From a virus: DNA of 64,000 bases. The position numbers were made by a program, and so were the translations under genes. How positions within the stretch are numbered: position 1 is the stretch's first letter; every line of letters begins with the position of its first letter. Shown in pieces: positions 39,474 through 49,617 of this stretch. The stretch spans positions 32,001 through 96,000 of the IMG/VR virus record IMGVR_UViG_3300042449_000993; one strand, 5' to 3'. The notes beneath the pieces are model-generated. The model made no database searches, was not told the DNA's origin, and saw only the letters and a program-made list of their open reading frames with translations.

Positions 39474-40149
39474 AAATGATTTTAAAGAAGTATTTTCATA
39501 TTCAATGCATGCTGGTGGTGGGACCAATCTAAATTTCGATGACATTGATAAAAATCTCTATAATACTCGAAAAATTGATCGATACTTTCTAGAAGGTATC
39601 AAGATCGACCCAAAGATCCACTCTACTCAAATGTTTTTAGCCAATAGTTTTTATTTTCTAGTGGCTGGAGAGATTGATATTAAATATCAAGACGGATCCG
39701 ACGATCGCGTTTCTGGTTCTTATTATAATTCGAATGATTGGGTTTCCTATAAAAAATTCTGGACTGAGAATAAGCCATGTAAGATTATTCCTTCTCAGAA
39801 TGCATGTTTATATAAAATTCAGAGAATAAAAGAAATACAGAATGATTCGCCTCTCAACGATCTATCAAACTTAAATGTGATAGTTAAAAAAGTGAGTGCA
39901 GATAACGTTTCTTTCACTACAACAGGTAATAGCATTCTTCTAGTGTTTAATGCTAGCATGGAAGAATTTACTTTAAGAAATGAAACAATTGTGTTTAATA
40001 CCTCAACTGAATCTGATTATTGCGAAATTCTTATTGACAAGAATCCGCAGTTTATAAAATTTAAAAATTATTATAGATTCTCAGTTAACGGAAATTGCAC
40101 ATTTTCTACTGCAAACTCTTGTCATTTAGTTTTGTTGACACCAAAGTAA
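39463..40149 (+). CDS. Hypothetical protein, possibly cupin-like
   Basis: ORF overlaps the GT stop; FYFLVAGEIDI resembles a cupin strand; TATAAATA at 39353. Confidence 0.4.
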   Translation: MSLENDFKEVFSYSMHAGGGTNLNFDDIDKNLYNTRKIDRYFLEGIKIDPKIHSTQMFLANSFYFLVAGEIDIKYQDGSDDRVSGSYYNSNDWVSYKKFWTENKPCKIIPSQNACLYKIQRIKEIQNDSPLNDLSNLNVIVKKVSADNVSFTTTGNSILLVFNASMEEFTLRNETIVFNTSTESDYCEILIDKNPQFIKFKNYYRFSVNGNCTFSTANSCHLVLLTPK

Positions 40150-40165
40150 AGAATAGGAAAATAGC

Positions 40166-40504
40166 ATGGCAAGTCAAGTAGAATTATTTTGCGATCAAGG
40201 ATCTACATTTTCCTACACGATAGATATTGCAAATGACGACGGCACAAAAATTAATGTTGCTGGATATTCATTCTCATCATCTATTCGTAAATCATATTAT
40301 TCAAATAAAGTTGCTGCGAATTTAACCGTGGCAACTACAGACGCCGCAAACGGAAACGTTGCATTATCTATGAATGCAGCAACTACAGCAAACATTAAAG
40401 CTGGCAGATATCTTTATGACGTTAGAATGGTAGACACATCAAATGTTGTTACACGTGTGATTGAAGGAGTCATTACTGTCTACCCACAAGTAACAAAGTC
40501 ATAA
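40166..40504 (+). CDS. Small virion structural / fibre attachment protein
   Basis: DQGSTF, IRKSY, AGRYLYDV, RVIEG..TV.P pattern common in T4-like aquatic phages. Confidence 0.65.
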   Translation: MASQVELFCDQGSTFSYTIDIANDDGTKINVAGYSFSSSIRKSYYSNKVAANLTVATTDAANGNVALSMNAATTANIKAGRYLYDVRMVDTSNVVTRVIEGVITVYPQVTKS

Positions 40505-40508
40505 AGAA

Positions 40509-43118
40509 ATGAAGGTAACGGTTGGATCAAATAGTAATACATCATTCCAACCAGCAACAGACAGAGGTTCTGGTGCTGCCATAACTGTCAATCCACCTGC
40601 AGGTTCTACTGTTAAAATCTCAACAGTTGGTGGTGCTGGCACAGGACCTGCATACGATCAAGCAAACATTGCTAGATCTACTGCGAATAGTGCTTATGGA
40701 CAAGCCAACGCTGCATACAATGCGGCAAATAGCGCCAAAGTCACGGTGTATGCAAATAGTGGTGCAGCCAACGCAACCACACAAAATATTAATTTTGTAA
40801 ACACATCGTCGATTCTTGTCACAGTTGCAAATACAAACGGAAATGCAAATATTTCGTTTGCAGTCACTGGTGCTGCTGCTGGTGATGCGTATGATCAAGC
40901 AAATGCGGCAAGAGACCAAGCAAATACAGCACTTAATGTTGCTAATGGCGCATATAGTCAAGCCAACGGAGCATATGCCCAAGCAAATGGTGCTTACTCG
41001 CAAGCAAACGGAGCATATAATCAGGCTAATGGTGCATATGCTCAAGCCAATGGTGCATATGCTCAGGCTAATGGAGCATACTCTCAAGCAAATAGTGCTT
41101 ACAATCAAGCCAATGATGCATACAGTCAAGCGAATGCTGGATATGCAACTGCTAATGCGGCTTATGCGACAGCAAACACTAAATTAAGTTTATCTGGTGG
41201 TACAATTACAGGACCAATTAGTGGATTAGGAAATTCTAAACTAGACCTTACTACTTTCGGAGCCAACACCGCATATCTAACAACTACTGATAATGATTCT
41301 ACTGCATTGTTTATGGGAGCGGTGTCTGCTGAGTTATACGCTAATACATATGTTCAAATTAGAGCCAATACTGGAGGAGCATCACAAAACTGGACATTTG
41401 GTGCAGATGGTACATTAACATTTCCAGACACAACAGTACAAACTACAGCCTTTACAACCGAATTAACTAATGCAATCTCAAATACGGTATCAACTGTATC
41501 GACAATTGCAAATGCCGCATACGATAAAGCAAACACTGCACTAGATATCGCGAACGGCGCATATGGTCAAGCCAACGTTGCGCGCACTACTGCAAACGAT
41601 GCATATGATCAAGCGAATACCGCTAGAAACACTTCCAACAGCGCATATCTACAAGCAAATAATGCTTATGATACAGCCAATTTAAAACTTAATATTTCTG
41701 GTGGAACCATTAATGGTTCATTGAATATCAGTGGAAATTTATTTGTTAGTGGCAACACATCATATATTAATGTTTCAACATTTGTTGTTGATGATGCATT
41801 AATTTATCTCGGCGCAAATAATACTCTTAGCGATGTTGTTGACATAGGATTTATTGGTGCGAAAAACAGTGGTCCATCAGTAACTCATACTGGTCTTGTT
41901 CGTGATGCTGGAGATGGTACTTGGTATTTGTTCGATAATTTGCCAGATTCAGGTCATCAAAATAACGTAGTTGATTTTGCAAACACCACGCTTGCAACAC
42001 TTCGAGCAAATATCGCTGCAAATAGTATTCTTTTAGTTGGAAACGTCGTTGCTACTCAAGCCAACTTAACTCTTGCGTTCAATCAAGCAAACACGGCGAG
42101 AACAACTGCCAACGATGCATATGGACAAGCCAATTCTGCTAGAGACCAAGCGAACACCGCTAGAGATCAAGCCAATACCGCCAGAAATCAAGCAAATTCA
42201 GCCTACGCAGATTCTAATACTCGAGTCTTAAAATCTGGCGATACAATGACAGGTCAATTGAACATCAGTTCAGGTGGCTTGATTGTTACTGGTAATATTA
42301 CCACAACAGGAGCAAGTGGTGATATTAGTGGCGTTAATACAATATATGCTGGAACTTTCTCAACAACTGCTGGGTTGAATGTAACTGCTCAAGCAGCAAA
42401 TGCATACGATCAGGCAAATAATGCCAGAAATCAAGCGAACACAGCTCGCGATCAAGCGAATACCGCCAGAACAACGGCGAATGATTCTTATGGCGCAGCA
42501 AATACAGCAAACACTAATGCATTAAATGCTTATGCTCAAGCCAATGCCGCTTATGATGCAGCCAATAATGCTAAAATAACGGTATTCCAGAACAATGCTT
42601 CAGGAATAACCACTCAAAATCTAAATTTTGTCAATACATCAACTGTAACTGTAAGTGTTCAGAATAGTAGTGGAAACGCAAATATATCATTCACCTCTAT
42701 CGGTGGTGTTCAAGATTATTCTTATAATACGACTTCAACCTCTACCGAAACTGTAGATTCGTGGTCAACTACAGCCTTCCGAAGCGGTAAGTATCAAATT
42801 CAAGTCTCCAGCTCTGTGGGTTATTTGACTTGCGAGATCGCTCTGCTTCATGCAGGAAATGTCACAAACATGTTACAGTATGGAAACGTTTCTATTGGTG
42901 CACCAGTTGGCGTATTCACATCGGATGTAAATAACGGTAATGTTCGTCTTCGATTTGCAGCAACCGACATTACGACAAGAATTAGATACTTCAGATCATT
43001 GTTAATTAATGATTCTGGATTCGACCCAGAAGTTCTCCCAACAGATCTCATGACTGGTATCGACACATACGATCTGATGGAAGTTCTCTACCTCATACCG
43101 ACAGATCTAAATGCATAG
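40509..43118 (+). CDS. Fibre protein with Ala-heptad repeats
   Basis: ANGAYxQ/ANTARDQ tracts, LSGGTITG and KSGDTMTG modules, C-terminal DSW...FRSGKYQIQ domain. Confidence 0.72.
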   Translation: MKVTVGSNSNTSFQPATDRGSGAAITVNPPAGSTVKISTVGGAGTGPAYDQANIARSTANSAYGQANAAYNAANSAKVTVYANSGAANATTQNINFVNTSSILVTVANTNGNANISFAVTGAAAGDAYDQANAARDQANTALNVANGAYSQANGAYAQANGAYSQANGAYNQANGAYAQANGAYAQANGAYSQANSAYNQANDAYSQANAGYATANAAYATANTKLSLSGGTITGPISGLGNSKLDLTTFGANTAYLTTTDNDSTALFMGAVSAELYANTYVQIRANTGGASQNWTFGADGTLTFPDTTVQTTAFTTELTNAISNTVSTVSTIANAAYDKANTALDIANGAYGQANVARTTANDAYDQANTARNTSNSAYLQANNAYDTANLKLNISGGTINGSLNISGNLFVSGNTSYINVSTFVVDDALIYLGANNTLSDVVDIGFIGAKNSGPSVTHTGLVRDAGDGTWYLFDNLPDSGHQNNVVDFANTTLATLRANIAANSILLVGNVVATQANLTLAFNQANTARTTANDAYGQANSARDQANTARDQANTARNQANSAYADSNTRVLKSGDTMTGQLNISSGGLIVTGNITTTGASGDISGVNTIYAGTFSTTAGLNVTAQAANAYDQANNARNQANTARDQANTARTTANDSYGAANTANTNALNAYAQANAAYDAANNAKITVFQNNASGITTQNLNFVNTSTVTVSVQNSSGNANISFTSIGGVQDYSYNTTSTSTETVDSWSTTAFRSGKYQIQVSSSVGYLTCEIALLHAGNVTNMLQYGNVSIGAPVGVFTSDVNNGNVRLRFAATDITTRIRYFRSLLINDSGFDPEVLPTDLMTGIDTYDLMEVLYLIPTDLNA

Positions 43119-43132
43119 GTCTTATAGGATTT

Positions 43133-43140
43133 TATAAATA
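43133..43140 (+). promoter_or_regulatory. T4-type late promoter
   Basis: Exact TATAAATA upstream of 43178. Confidence 0.7.
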
Positions 43141-43177
43141 TATCGTTGATTAAAACTAGAATTTAAGAGTACTCTAA

Positions 43178-46100
43178 ATGCCAACAACATTACAATTTAG
43201 AAGATACGATACAGCAAATATTGCCAATACAACTGGTGCTGTTGGTGAAATCTTCATTGATATGGATAAAGACACTATCGTTGTTCAGGATGGTGTTACT
43301 TCTGGTGGATTTCCTCTGGCTAGAGAGTCTGCTCTTATTTCTGCATATGGTGGTGCTAATGCAGCCTACGATCAAGCCAACAGTGCTCGAGATCAAGCCA
43401 ATACTGCCAGAGACCAGGCAAATACTGCTCGAACAACCGCCAACGATGCGTACAATACAGCAAATACAAAACTTTCAAGTTCTGGTGGAACAATCAGTGG
43501 AAATCTTGTAATTTCTGGAAATTTAGAAGTTTTAGGAAATAGCACCACACTTAATGTTGAAACTCTTCTCGTTGAAGATAATGAAATTGTTCTAAATGCG
43601 AACGTGGTCGGCGCACCATCATTAAATGCGTTCATTACGGTAAATCGCGGATCAAATCAAAATTCAGCTCTAGTTTGGTCTGAAGTTGGAATTGGGTATT
43701 GGGGTTGGTCTGACGGTGATGGAGTTATCTACTTCGATTCGTTAAGAGCAGCCACTGTTGCAACAAATACTGCTCTTAATCAAATAAACGCAACAATTGT
43801 CAATGTTAACACAAATGTTGCCACAGTTTATGATCAAGCAAATGCCGCTCGCAATCAAGCAAATACGGCTAACACTAATGCGAGTACCGCCAAAGGACAA
43901 GCAGATATAGCTCGAGATCAAGCGAACGTTGCTCGTACGACTGCTAATGATTCATATGGTCAAGCGAACACTGCTAGAGACCAAGCAAACACCGCACGCG
44001 ATACTGCTAATGGAGCATACGACCAAGCAAATGGTGCGTATGGTCAGGCTAACGGCGCATATGCTCATGCAAATATTGTTTACGATCAAGCGAATACTGC
44101 TCGTAATCAGGCAAATACTGCGCGAGACACAGCAAACGGCGCATACGATCAAGCAAACGCAGCATATGGCGACGCCAATACTCGAGTGTTGAAGGCTGGC
44201 GATACAATGACTGGTGCACTAAATGTACAGTCAAATGTAACAGCTGTTGGATTCTTGAGCAGCAAAACAACTCTTCAAGCACCAAGCACCACAAACTTTA
44301 ATGGTGAACGTGTTCGTCTTTATGACTTTAACGAAGCAGGTCACCCAAACTATGCAATTGGCGTTGAAACAAACTTTATTTGGAGTGGCACAGACGAAAA
44401 TAACGGTCAAACTGGTTTCGCGTGGTATGGAAATACTACACGAAATGCTATTATGCGTTCCAATGGTACGTTGCAATTAAGCAATACTGTTGAAGCAAAA
44501 GTTATTCGCGCTAATGGTACTGGCACTGCAATTGATGCAAGTCAAGGTAACATTCTAACAAATGAAGTCACTGGTACGAAGTTTAAATTCCTTGCTGGTG
44601 CAAATACAGTAACTGTTGATGCCTCTGGTGCTCTAGCAAATTACACATTTAATCTACCGCCAACAGGTGGTGTTGCTGGTCAAGTGCTTGAAACAGATGG
44701 TAATGGAGACACTATTTGGAGCAGTAACGTTTATTCATTGACGAATACAGTTTATGATCAAGCAAATACTGCTAGAAACCAAGCCAATACTTCCAGAGAT
44801 CAAGCAAATACTGCTAGAGATCAGGCGAATAGTGCTACTGTTATTGGTGAGAATGCATACGCTCAAGCCAATACAGCTCGAGATATTGCCAATGCATCTT
44901 ATGGTCAAGCAAATGCTGCATATGATGATGCAAATACCAGAGTATTGAAATCTGGCGATACGATGACAGGAACATTAAATGTCGCTGCGTCATTAATCAC
45001 ACAGAACATTGTTCCAAATCTAAATGTAACTTACGACATTGGTACAGCTGATAAAAGATTCAATGATCTTTATCTTTCAAACAGTTCTATCTATCTTGGT
45101 GATGCAGTTCTAACTGCAAATGGTCCAGTTCTTGTTGTTTCTGGAATTGAAATTGATGGAAGTGGAAATCTAGTTGCTGCATTCGAGTCATATAATCAAG
45201 CCAATGCTGCCAGAGATCAGGCGAATACTGCCAGAGATACTGCGAATGGAGCATACGGTCAAGCAAATGGTGCTTATGCTCATGCAAACATCGTATACGA
45301 TCAAGCAAATACTGCACGTGACGCAGCTAATGCATCTTATGGGCAAGCGAATGCCGCTAGAGATCAAGCGAATACGGCTCGCGACGTTGCCAATGCATCT
45401 TATGGACAGGCAAACACTGGAAGCACTCAAGCAACTGCCGCCAGAGATCAAGCGAACGTTGCTCGTACAACTGCAAATGATTCTTATGGACAGGCGAACA
45501 CTGCTAGAGATCAGGCTAATACCGCACGCGATACTGCTAATGGAGCATACGACCAAGCAAATACTGCTCGTGACACTGCAAACAGTGCTTACAATGCAGC
45601 AAATAACGCACAAGTAACTGTTTACGCAAACAGTGCTTCTGATGTCACAACTCAGAAAATCAACTTTGTTAATACCTCCACGATTACCGTATCAGTAACA
45701 AATAGTGCTGGGAATGCAAACATTGCATTCACGGCAACTGGTGGTGCTGCTTACGATCAAGCCAATGCTGCTTACGATCAAGCAAACACTGCACGTAGTA
45801 CTGCAAATGATTCTTATGGACAAGCAAACACTGCTCGCGATGTAGCAAATGCTTCTTATGGTCAAGCAAATACCGCCAACACCAATGCATTGAATGCTTA
45901 TGATCAAGCAAATACTGCCAGAGACCAAGCGAATACTGCTCGAACAACAGCTAATGATTCATATGCTCAAGCGAATACCGCTCGCAATACTGCAAACGAC
46001 TCATATAGCCAGGCAAATACTGCTCGCAACACTGCTAATGATTCGTATGGACAAGCCAATACTGCTAGAGATACAGCCAATGGTGCGTATGGACAAGCGA

Positions 46101-48571
46101 ATACTGCTCGTGATACAGCCAATGATGCTTATGGTCAAGCAAATACCGCTAGAGATCAGGCAAATACTGCTCGCAATACCGCAAATGGTGCATATGGTCA
46201 AGCGAACACTGCTCGTGATACAGCGAATTCTGGATATGGGCAAGCAAACTCTGCGCGCGATCAAGCCAATACTGCTCGAGCAACAGCAAATGATGCTTAC
46301 GGTGCAGCAAACACTAAATTGTCGACTTCTGGTGGATCTATCAGCGGAGACTTGACAATTTCTGGTAATCTTGTTATTCAAGGTAATGCAACGACGATCA
46401 ATGTCAGCAGCTTGTCAGTTAATGACTCTATAATTTTGTTGTCAGCAAATAGTACTGGTGACGCAGAGGATATTGGTTTTGTTGGACATTATACTAATGG
46501 CGCGACAAATACTCACGCTGGTTTCTTCAGAAAAGCAACAGAAAATCAATTTTATGTCTTTGACAATTATGAAACTGAACCAACAAATAATGTCATTGAT
46601 ATTGCAAATAATAATTTTAGAATTGGTAATGTTAGACTTGGAATTTTAAATGCGAATAGCGTTTTGTTGCTCGGCAATTCAGTTGCAACTCAAGCAAATC
46701 TAACATTGGCTTACAATCAAGCCAATAGCGCAAGAGACCAAGCCAACACCGCTCGCACGACTGCAAACGATGCATATGCAGAGGCAAATAGTGCGGAAAC
46801 AATTGCGCTCAATTCATATGGTCAAGCCAATACTGCTCGCGATCAAGCGAATACTGCTCGTAATACAGCGAATTCTGGATATGGTCAAGCCAATACCGCA
46901 CGTGACACTGCAAATGGCGCTTATGGTCAGGCTAACGGCGCATATGCTCAGGCAAACACTGCTCGCGATCAGGCAAACACTGCTCGCGATCAGGCAAACA
47001 CTGCTCGTACGACTGCAAATGATTCATACGCTCAAGCGAATACTGCAAGAAATACTGCAAATGATGCATATGCTGGTGCTAATACGGCAAATACCAATGC
47101 ATTGAATGCTTATGCTCAAGCCAATAACGCTAGAGATCAGGCAAACACTGCTCGCACTACAGCCAATGATGCTTATGGTCAAGCAAATACCGCTAGAGAT
47201 CAGGCAAATACTGCTCGCACTCAAGCAAATACTGCTTACGCTCAAGCCAATGGTGCTTATGCCCATGCGAACATTGTTTATGCTCAAGCAAATACAGCAT
47301 ACGATCAAGCAAATTCTGCTCGTAACCAGGCAAATACAGCAAGAGATACTGGCAACAATGCATACGGTCAGGCAAATACTGCTCGTGACCAAGCAAATAC
47401 TGCTCGAACAACCGCCAACGATGCGTACATTCAAGCAAATTCAAATTACCAGCCAGCAGTCACAAGGCTGAATGTGACAAATAGTGGAACATCTGATTAT
47501 TTGTTTGATCAATACTCAGGCGGTGATCCAACACTTTATGTCCGTGCTGGTGAAACTATTGCATTTAATTTAAACGTTTCAGGACATCCATTCTTAATTC
47601 GTGTTTCAAGTGGTGGAGCGTTATATAACACTGGACTTACTCACGTTGCAACAAACGGAACTGTGTCCACTGAAGGCAGTGCTCAGGCTAAAGAAAGTGG
47701 AACATTATATTGGAAGGTTCCATATAACTTACTTGGAAACACTTACGTTTATCAATGTCAAGTTCATGCTGGAATGGTTGGCAATATTGTAATTGAACCA
47801 CCTGGAACAATTGCATATGCACAAGCCAACGCTGCGTATGGGCAAGCAAACTCAGCCAGAGATCAAGCAAATACCGCTCGTACTCAAGCAAACACAGCAC
47901 GCGATACTGCAAATGCTGCGTATGGACAAGCGAACACGGCTCGTGACACAGCGAATGCTGCTTACGGCGCAGCAAATACAGCTGGTACAAATGCGCTAAA
48001 CGCATACGAACAAGCAAATACCGCTAGAGGTCAAGCGAATACTGCTAGAGACCAAGCAAACACCGCTCGTACTCAAGCGAATACGGCTTACGGACAAGCC
48101 AACGCCGCCTATGGTCAAGCGAATGCTGCTTATGGTCAAGCGAATTCTGCTTATGGTGCAGCAAACAATGCAGTATTGAAGGCTGGCGACACCATGACTG
48201 GTGTGTTGGTTGTTCCAGGTATTCGTAATTCAGGTAACTTGATTCTTGGTACTGTTGCAAATACAAATACCAATGGCGCCAATACATTGAATCTTGCTCA
48301 ATCAAACTTCTTTACAAGAACTTTGACAGCAAACTCCACGATCACCTTCTCAAATGCTCCAGCAAGTGGCAACTCGCAGTCGTTCACGCTTGTTATTGTT
48401 CAAGATGGTGTGGGTAATCGCGGCATAACTTGGGCAAATACGATTTATTGGGCAGGTGGCGAAGTTCCTCCGCAAACTTTGACAGCAAACTACCGAGACG
48501 TTTGGCAGTTTGCGACATATGATGGTGGATCAACCTACTTTGGAACTTTGGCTATTAAGGATGCACGCTAA
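43178..48571 (+). CDS. Long tail fibre (1797 aa): Mtd_N-like N-terminus, Ala-heptad shafts, cupredoxin-like insert
   Basis: LQFRR...GAVGEIFIDMDK..VVQDG...GGFPLA; many ANxA[RY]x[QT] heptads; GHPF...YQCQVHAGM; C-terminal LVIVQDG.G.R.ITW domain. Confidence 0.78.
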   Translation: MPTTLQFRRYDTANIANTTGAVGEIFIDMDKDTIVVQDGVTSGGFPLARESALISAYGGANAAYDQANSARDQANTARDQANTARTTANDAYNTANTKLSSSGGTISGNLVISGNLEVLGNSTTLNVETLLVEDNEIVLNANVVGAPSLNAFITVNRGSNQNSALVWSEVGIGYWGWSDGDGVIYFDSLRAATVATNTALNQINATIVNVNTNVATVYDQANAARNQANTANTNASTAKGQADIARDQANVARTTANDSYGQANTARDQANTARDTANGAYDQANGAYGQANGAYAHANIVYDQANTARNQANTARDTANGAYDQANAAYGDANTRVLKAGDTMTGALNVQSNVTAVGFLSSKTTLQAPSTTNFNGERVRLYDFNEAGHPNYAIGVETNFIWSGTDENNGQTGFAWYGNTTRNAIMRSNGTLQLSNTVEAKVIRANGTGTAIDASQGNILTNEVTGTKFKFLAGANTVTVDASGALANYTFNLPPTGGVAGQVLETDGNGDTIWSSNVYSLTNTVYDQANTARNQANTSRDQANTARDQANSATVIGENAYAQANTARDIANASYGQANAAYDDANTRVLKSGDTMTGTLNVAASLITQNIVPNLNVTYDIGTADKRFNDLYLSNSSIYLGDAVLTANGPVLVVSGIEIDGSGNLVAAFESYNQANAARDQANTARDTANGAYGQANGAYAHANIVYDQANTARDAANASYGQANAARDQANTARDVANASYGQANTGSTQATAARDQANVARTTANDSYGQANTARDQANTARDTANGAYDQANTARDTANSAYNAANNAQVTVYANSASDVTTQKINFVNTSTITVSVTNSAGNANIAFTATGGAAYDQANAAYDQANTARSTANDSYGQANTARDVANASYGQANTANTNALNAYDQANTARDQANTARTTANDSYAQANTARNTANDSYSQANTARNTANDSYGQANTARDTANGAYGQANTARDTANDAYGQANTARDQANTARNTANGAYGQANTARDTANSGYGQANSARDQANTARATANDAYGAANTKLSTSGGSISGDLTISGNLVIQGNATTINVSSLSVNDSIILLSANSTGDAEDIGFVGHYTNGATNTHAGFFRKATENQFYVFDNYETEPTNNVIDIANNNFRIGNVRLGILNANSVLLLGNSVATQANLTLAYNQANSARDQANTARTTANDAYAEANSAETIALNSYGQANTARDQANTARNTANSGYGQANTARDTANGAYGQANGAYAQANTARDQANTARDQANTARTTANDSYAQANTARNTANDAYAGANTANTNALNAYAQANNARDQANTARTTANDAYGQANTARDQANTARTQANTAYAQANGAYAHANIVYAQANTAYDQANSARNQANTARDTGNNAYGQANTARDQANTARTTANDAYIQANSNYQPAVTRLNVTNSGTSDYLFDQYSGGDPTLYVRAGETIAFNLNVSGHPFLIRVSSGGALYNTGLTHVATNGTVSTEGSAQAKESGTLYWKVPYNLLGNTYVYQCQVHAGMVGNIVIEPPGTIAYAQANAAYGQANSARDQANTARTQANTARDTANAAYGQANTARDTANAAYGAANTAGTNALNAYEQANTARGQANTARDQANTARTQANTAYGQANAAYGQANAAYGQANSAYGAANNAVLKAGDTMTGVLVVPGIRNSGNLILGTVANTNTNGANTLNLAQSNFFTRTLTANSTITFSNAPASGNSQSFTLVIVQDGVGNRGITWANTIYWAGGEVPPQTLTANYRDVWQFATYDGGSTYFGTLAIKDAR

Positions 48572-48603
48572 ATAAATTATAATTAACGATATGTGATTTT
48601 ATT

Positions 48604-49617
48604 ATGAAGATACATGTACTTGCTATTCCAACCAAGCCAACTGGTTTAATGGATCGCATGGAAGCATTTTCCGTGCATGCCTACAAATACATTAAACATC
48701 TCTCACCTCATTTTGAAATGATTCATTATGGGCTTGAGGGATCTACAGTTGATTGTAGACATATTGATGTTGCAGCGCATGACAATAATGATCTTGAAAA
48801 ATTCAATCGATCTGCTGCTCAAGCAATACAAAAGAATAAATCGCCTGGTGATATTATTGCCTGCTTCTATGGCACAGAAAATCAACTGGCATGCGATTTA
48901 AATTCAGATTGTCAATCTCTTGAGCCATCAATTGGTTATAGAACCAGCTGTGTGTTTGCCAAATATAAAGCATTCACATCATACGCTCACATGCATATGT
49001 TTTATGGCGAGCGAAATATGGTAAACAACCCTTCTTGGTATGATACAGTAATTCCAAATCCATTTACTATTTCTGAATTCGATTATCAATCTAAAAAACA
49101 TGACTACTATGTTTGCATGGGCAGAGTTGTTCCAGAAAAGGGTATACATTTGGCAATTCAAGCGACGCAACAACTTAATCGTAAACTTGTAATCGCAGGA
49201 CCAGCAACAGATTTAAAACATTTAGGATACGATAAAATTCCAGACCACGTTGAATTGGTTGGTTATCTAGAACCGAAAAAGAGAAATGAATTGCTTGGTA
49301 GAGCAAAGGCACTTTTAGGTCTAACTTATTATGTTGAGCCATTTGGAAATATGGTTATTGAAGCAAATTTGTGCGGCACTCCAGTAATTACAACAGATTG
49401 GGGTGCATTTCCAGAAACCGTATTTGAAGGAAAAACTGGATATAGAGTTAATGATTTTAAATCGTTGATTCAAGCCATGATTAATGTTGAAAGCGGTGTA
49501 ATGATTAATCCTCGCGATTGTAGATTTTGGGGAGAAAGATTCTCAGATGAAATCGTTCATGAAAAACATAAAGCCTATCTAGAAAAAATTATAACAAATA
49601 ATTTTTATGCGCTCTAA
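48604..49617 (+). CDS. Glycosyltransferase family 4 (GT-B)
   Basis: MGRVVPEKGIHLAI, EPFGNMVIEANLCGTPVITTDWGAFPE. Confidence 0.88.
   Translation: MKIHVLAIPTKPTGLMDRMEAFSVHAYKYIKHLSPHFEMIHYGLEGSTVDCRHIDVAAHDNNDLEKFNRSAAQAIQKNKSPGDIIACFYGTENQLACDLNSDCQSLEPSIGYRTSCVFAKYKAFTSYAHMHMFYGERNMVNNPSWYDTVIPNPFTISEFDYQSKKHDYYVCMGRVVPEKGIHLAIQATQQLNRKLVIAGPATDLKHLGYDKIPDHVELVGYLEPKKRNELLGRAKALLGLTYYVEPFGNMVIEANLCGTPVITTDWGAFPETVFEGKTGYRVNDFKSLIQAMINVESGVMINPRDCRFWGERFSDEIVHEKHKAYLEKIITNNFYAL

Noticed and set aside
43350-48170. 21-nt periodic repeats resembling a CRISPR array
   Set aside because: Repeats are in-frame coding heptads with synonymous variation, no unique spacers and no cas genes
29916-48305. 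Many alternative-frame and antisense ORFs over the fibre genes
   Set aside because: By-products of repetitive codon patterns lacking stops in other frames; no RBS or recognisable motifs
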